Positions 54,248 through 64,000 of a stretch of DNA of 64,000 nucleotides are shown piece by piece. Position 1 is the first letter of the stretch, and each line of letters opens with the position of its first letter. Source of the DNA: Salpingoeca rosetta (taxonomy: Eukaryota > Protista > Choanoflagellata); contig JAWQFM010000013.1 of the NCBI GenBank assembly GCA_033442325.1, forward strand, positions 1,205,065-1,269,064, in the 5' to 3' direction. The translations under genes were made by a program, and so were the position numbers. The notes below the pieces were generated by a model. The model saw only the letters and a program-made list of their open reading frames with translations. It was not told the origin of the DNA and searched no databases.

Positions 54248-54942
54248 TCACTGTCGCGTGCGCCAAGTGTGCCAGCTGTGTCTGCGTTGATGGCTTGCTT
54301 CAACTTTGCCACCGCACCTTCGCTGGCCCACTTCCAAATGTCATCAGCCCGCGGTTCCTCCCTGCACCTCACACAGACACGCAGACACACGCAGACACAC
54401 ACAGACACAGACACATGCGAGTTAGCAAGGGTGCATTGCGGTGTCTGTCATCGGTGTCTCGGGGCATCACAGGCAGATCACACGCTTACTCCGCGGCTGC
54501 GTTTGCCATGATGCTCATCACAGGACCAAGGGCGCTGCCTGCAACAGTCATGTACATGTAAGCAAGCATGCGAGCAAGCAGGGCGAGAATGAGGTGCTCG
54601 TCTGCGAAGAGAGACATGTATTGAGTGCTCGCATCCGTGTAAAATGCAGGTCCAGCACGATAGATGCGTATATGGACGTTGCAAGCAGTCGCACGCACTC
54701 TTTGATGACGCCGACGACGACGTATCGTCCTCCCCTGTGACCAACGCAAACAACAACCAAGCACGGGCGTCGTGAGTGCAGGTTGAGGCAGAGCTCACGG
54801 CAGGTGCAAACGCAACTCACCTGCTTCTGCCTCTGAAGACGATGGGGCTGCGCCTTTCGACGCCACCAGCTCATCCACTGCCGTGACGTAGCCTTCCTTT
54901 GCCTCCAGCTGTGACATTCCTTTCAAGTGCTCCCACGCGCCC
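54248..54942 (-). CDS. Acyl-CoA-binding domain plus ankyrin protein (ACBD6-like), internal fragment
   Basis: AWEHLKGMSQLEAKEGYVTAVDEL is the ACBP C-terminal helix pair, followed by linker LGPVMSIM and first ankyrin DIWKWASEGAVAKLKQAI...ARDSD. The 5' part would lie in gap 55338-56122; the 3' exons were not found. Confidence 0.8.
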
Positions 54943-55224
54943 CTGTAGTAGTGATGCAGTGGCGTGAGGACGGGGAGGGGGGACGAAGCAATGATGTTAG
55001 GTGGCGCGAGCGGGGGGGGGAAGTAGGGTTGTGTGTGAAGGACACATTGGAAGCTGATGTCCATGCAGCACGGGCCAGGCAACAGCAGGGAGGAAGGTAG
55101 ATGGACAGAGACGGGTATGTAGACAAGGCAAGCAAGCAGGACAGACAAGTAGGTAGGTGCTCAGGCAAGGGCGTAAATACACATGGGCGAGTATGTATTC
55201 ACACACACGCACACAGCCACAAGT

Positions 55225-55257
<33 letters not shown>

Positions 55258-55275
55258 GCCACAAGTGCAGACGCT

Positions 55276-55337
<62 letters not shown>

Positions 55338-56122
55338 NNNNNNNNNNNNNNNNNNNNNNNNNNNNNNNNNNNNNNNNNNNNNNNNNNNNNNNNNNNNNNN
55401 NNNNNNNNNNNNNNNNNNNNNNNNNNNNNNNNNNNNNNNNNNNNNNNNNNNNNNNNNNNNNNNNNNNNNNNNNNNNNNNNNNNNNNNNNNNNNNNNNNNN
55501 NNNNNNNNNNNNNNNNNNNNNNNNNNNNNNNNNNNNNNNNNNNNNNNNNNNNNNNNNNNNNNNNNNNNNNNNNNNNNNNNNNNNNNNNNNNNNNNNNNNN
55601 NNNNNNNNNNNNNNNNNNNNNNNNNNNNNNNNNNNNNNNNNNNNNNNNNNNNNNNNNNNNNNNNNNNNNNNNNNNNNNNNNNNNNNNNNNNNNNNNNNNN
55701 NNNNNNNNNNNNNNNNNNNNNNNNNNNNNNNNNNNNNNNNNNNNNNNNNNNNNNNNNNNNNNNNNNNNNNNNNNNNNNNNNNNNNNNNNNNNNNNNNNNN
55801 NNNNNNNNNNNNNNNNNNNNNNNNNNNNNNNNNNNNNNNNNNNNNNNNNNNNNNNNNNNNNNNNNNNNNNNNNNNNNNNNNNNNNNNNNNNNNNNNNNNN
55901 NNNNNNNNNNNNNNNNNNNNNNNNNNNNNNNNNNNNNNNNNNNNNNNNNNNNNNNNNNNNNNNNNNNNNNNNNNNNNNNNNNNNNNNNNNNNNNNNNNNN
56001 NNNNNNNNNNNNNNNNNNNNNNNNNNNNNNNNNNNNNNNNNNNNNNNNNNNNNNNNNNNNNNNNNNNNNNNNNNNNNNNNNNNNNNNNNNNNNNNNNNNN
56101 NNNNNNNNNNNNNNNNNNNNNN

Positions 56123-56196
<74 letters not shown>

Positions 56197-56207
56197 CAGT
56201 GGTGGGC

Positions 56208-60631
<4,424 letters not shown>

Positions 60632-60839
60632 GGTGCACAGTTGTTGCGGTTGTGGATGTGGTGTGGTGTGGTGTTGGCTGCGTTGCTGCTCGTTCCCTCC
60701 TTCCTCCCTTCTAACTCTTCACCAGCTTCCGCTTCTGCAAACACAAGTTCTGAAGAATGGCAATATCTTACCACAAATTTCCTGAGCGCAAACGTCGTTT
60801 GCGTATGATGCCCAATGATTTTCGACCCACAGCCGCGAA

Positions 60840-61038
60840 ATGAGCTCTGACGAGGTGAGAGTGGAGGATGTGTTGTGGGGCTGCCTTGTGCTGCTCGTGG
60901 TCTTGGTGTCCCCTTCCTGGTTGTCGGTGTGTGGAGGGATCGGCACAGCCCAGCTTTGGTGGGTCTGTGGGAGTTGTCACGTTGGAGCTTGGTGTTTGAG
61001 TTTTGAGCTGTTGATTGTAGCTCCACTGCTGCGATCCA

Positions 61039-61071
<33 letters not shown>

Positions 61072-63822
61072 TCGCACACACTCGTATGCCACCACAACAC
61101 GCACCACACAAACAAAACACAACAAAACACAAACAAACCGCACAACCACGCGATGCGGCAGGAGAAGCGGAAGATCGAGGCCGCGCGCATGGCGGCCTTG
61201 TCGGCCGCAGAGATGTTCCACTCAGACATAATGAGCATGTCAGCAAACGCTCGCCAACGCCAACAACCGGTACAGTGTTTGAGCGGAAGCGCCTCGTTTC
61301 GCCTGCAGGCCGATTCCTGCTTGTTGATGATGTCGGGACATGCGTGCAAGTTCCCAACGTCGCACAAGCAAGCACACACGCACACACTCTGCTTCGCATG
61401 CCAATGGTTTGGTGTACCGCCACAAACACTGACTCACGCACTCACTTTCACTTTTGCACCCGCATCGATGATCTACACACACACACACACGCATGCACAC
61501 ACATGCACACGCATTACAGGCTGTTGCCGCAACGCCGGAAGCAGAAAGCGAATCTGAAGAAGAGAGCGAGGACGAGGAGGAATACAACCGCCGGCGCATG
61601 GCAGCCCTGCGGGCGCGTCGAGCAAAGAGCGGGCTCCCAACATCCACACGCGGCATGCCGATGGGAGTGCTGGGCATGGGCGCAGGCGATGACGACGACG
61701 ACGACGACGATGAAGATGATGATGATGATGAAGGCGGGGGCCAGGGCGAGGAAGATGGCGATGGTGCCGAGGATGGCGGCAACGATGACAATGACGATGA
61801 CGATGATGATGAGGACGAACCCGTGGCACGATCTGCACGAATGCGATTCCCGCTCATGACGGGCGGTGGTGGCGATGACGATGGCGAAGAGGATGATACT
61901 GTTGGTGATGGCGGAGAGCTGTCCACGGCAGATGATGGTGATGGTGATGACGATGGTGATGGGCTGGCACCCATGGCGCTGCTGTCTCGCAGCAAGCGCG
62001 GTGGAATGCCACTGGCGATGCTGGATGTGGACGGCGACGCTGATGACCATGATGCCAACGACAGCGGCGAGGAGGACACAGCCGCCGACAACGAACGCAC
62101 CACCGGCCAGTCGACAGCCGGTGGTGTTGTGCCATCGTCGCAAGCGCGTACCGTTGCTCGGGGAGCCGGCGCTTCCACGTCAGAATCAGCGGTGGCCAAT
62201 ACACCAGCGACACAAGCGACAACAGCTAGTACAGCAGCTGGTGCGGCAACCAAGGCAGAGGTGACGTACACACGTGCGGGCGCCCCGTGCGAGCCGTTGC
62301 CTGCAGGCACGAAGGTGTTGAGGACGCTGAGCGCAGCGGTGCGGGAGCAGCCCGCGCCACAGGCGACCGCGGCGGCATTTTATTCACTGCTGCAGCCATA
62401 CACGTTTCTGTCGGAGGACGGCAAGGTGACCTGTCCATTGGGGATGAGTGTTGACTTTGAACCTCCGGCGCACCTTCCTGAGGACCGGATTCGCCATCCG
62501 CGCGACATGCGTGGTCCTGCCATTGTTTCGCACGACCACACGTGGCGCATGGCGTTTTGCCCGTCCTTCTTTGCCGCAGAGAAGGACCAAACGGACACAG
62601 CAACACCACAAGCCGCCACGGACAAGAAATCCCAGGTGTGTGTGTGTGTGCATGTGCGTGTACTTGTGTGTGTACATGTACGTGTGTGTGTACATGTGTG
62701 GGTGTGTGCCGTGTGTACATGTGCGTTTGCGTTTTATGTTGTTGAATCACCTGCAGCCCCATGTGCCCTCACCGCCTTTCGTCACACAACCCCCTCCCCG
62801 GCTCTCTTTTTCTCCAATTGTGTCCCAACGACCATTATTGGCCAGCAGCCGGCGCCGCGTGCGCGTGCAAAGGAGCTGGGGCAGCAGCTCGATGCTGTGG
62901 CCAGCAGCAAGAAGGCCGACCGCGTAAGCACAACGACAGCACCAGCGACCACACCAAAGGCGGCCACTGCTACAAAGGCGGCAGCAGCGACTGCTTCTAC
63001 GGCAGCACCACCGCCGGAGAAGGCGGCGCACCATGGCGGCCACGGCCGCCACCATCACCATCACCACCACAAGCATGCGCACACCCACCATGCGCACCAC
63101 GGTCATCACCAGGCTGGCCACAAGCACCACAGCACCTCCAGCGCCTCTGGCTCGCCAACCCCAAAGCCCAAGCCAAAGCCCAAACCCAAGGCAAAGGCGC
63201 CAGCGCCGAAACCAAAGCCAACCAAGCCGCTCCCACCAACCCCTGCCTCAACAGCAACGGCAACAGTAGCAGCGACAAGAAAAGGGACGGGCAAGCGGGG
63301 TACCCAGTCGCCAGCCACGGCAGCGAAGCCAGCCGTGCAGGCCAAACCAACAGCAACAAGGGCTGGCGGGGCGCATCGCTCGCCCGTTCGTAGCGCTCGG
63401 AGTCACACCACAACTGCAGCGGTGAGCCCAAGCAGACGCAAGGCAGCGGCAGCCGCCGCCACAACAACAAACACCGCATCCTCCTCCTCGTCGTCGTCGT
63501 CAACGGGTGCAAGTGGGAGGAATGAGGCGCACAAGCAGCGCAGCAACAGCATGACAGGGCACCGCCCACGTGCTGTTGCGGCCTCACGCCACCACCGGCC
63601 CGCACTCAAGCGCAAGCCAACCGAAGGCTCGCTGGTGGCAGCACGCATCAACGCCGCGCTGGCAAAGACGGGCGGTGGTGATGATGATGATCACGGCACA
63701 AATGTTGATGGTACTGATGTTGTGCGGGATGTGAAGAAGAACAACGGGGATGCATCGACAGCTGTTGCCACGTCGAAGGCACCAGCAAACAAGCCCAAAC
63801 AACGCACCAAATACGTGCCGGT
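60840..63822 (+). CDS. Uncharacterised low-complexity protein (acidic N-half, His tract, basic PK-rich C-half); continues beyond the window
   Basis: Exons ~60840-60854 (MSSDE), ~61161-61269, ~61520-62635 and ~62846-63821 join in phase 0. There is one small ordered-looking segment (FYSLLQPYTFLSEDGKVTCPLGMSVDFEPP...WRMAFCPSFF). Confidence 0.65.
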
Positions 63823-64000
63823 AAGGTAACGCGTGTTGTGTGTGTGTGTGTGTGTGGTGCGCGCGTGTGTGTGTGTGTGTGTGTGTGGTGCGTGTGTGTG
63901 TGTGTGTGTGTGGTGCGTGTGTGTTATTTTTTTGTGTGTGTGCTTGCGTGTGCGTGCTTGCGTGGTGTTCTCCTTTTCTTGTGTCAGTTGAAGTGCACAT

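Overview
Eukaryotic, GC-rich, intron-dense genomic DNA whose introns are filled with (CA)n/(TG)n microsatellites, with seven N-gaps. The style and gene content suggest a choanoflagellate such as Salpingoeca rosetta (inference, not proven). Most ORFs in the supplied track are microsatellite artefacts. Splicing exons by hand (GT-AG, phase-checked) gives about 16 protein genes. Recognisable ones: malic enzyme, a PhyH/PhnY-like 2OG-Fe(II) dioxygenase, a TM9SF nonaspanin, a macrodomain/PARG-like enzyme, a CCDC66-like coiled-coil protein, an LRR-ankyrin-Roc-COR-SAM ROCO protein, an SLC19 transporter, an ACBD6-like fragment and the spliceosomal protein RED/IK. Less familiar ones: a Q-rich putative coactivator whose spliced N-terminal helix resembles Mastermind, a type II membrane protein with about 24 receptor-L/LRR-like repeats, a C2-like + 8 EGF + TM receptor with a tail of at least 16 tyrosine motifs and tandemly duplicated exons, a 68-aa membrane microprotein and several unknown genes. 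The most interesting signals are the Mastermind-like/Notch-ligand-like pair, the one-LRR-per-exon ROCO, the receptor tail, and an intron architecture of (UG)n near donors and (CA)n near acceptors that lack polypyrimidine tracts. Several genes are truncated at microsatellites, most likely from assembly collapse.
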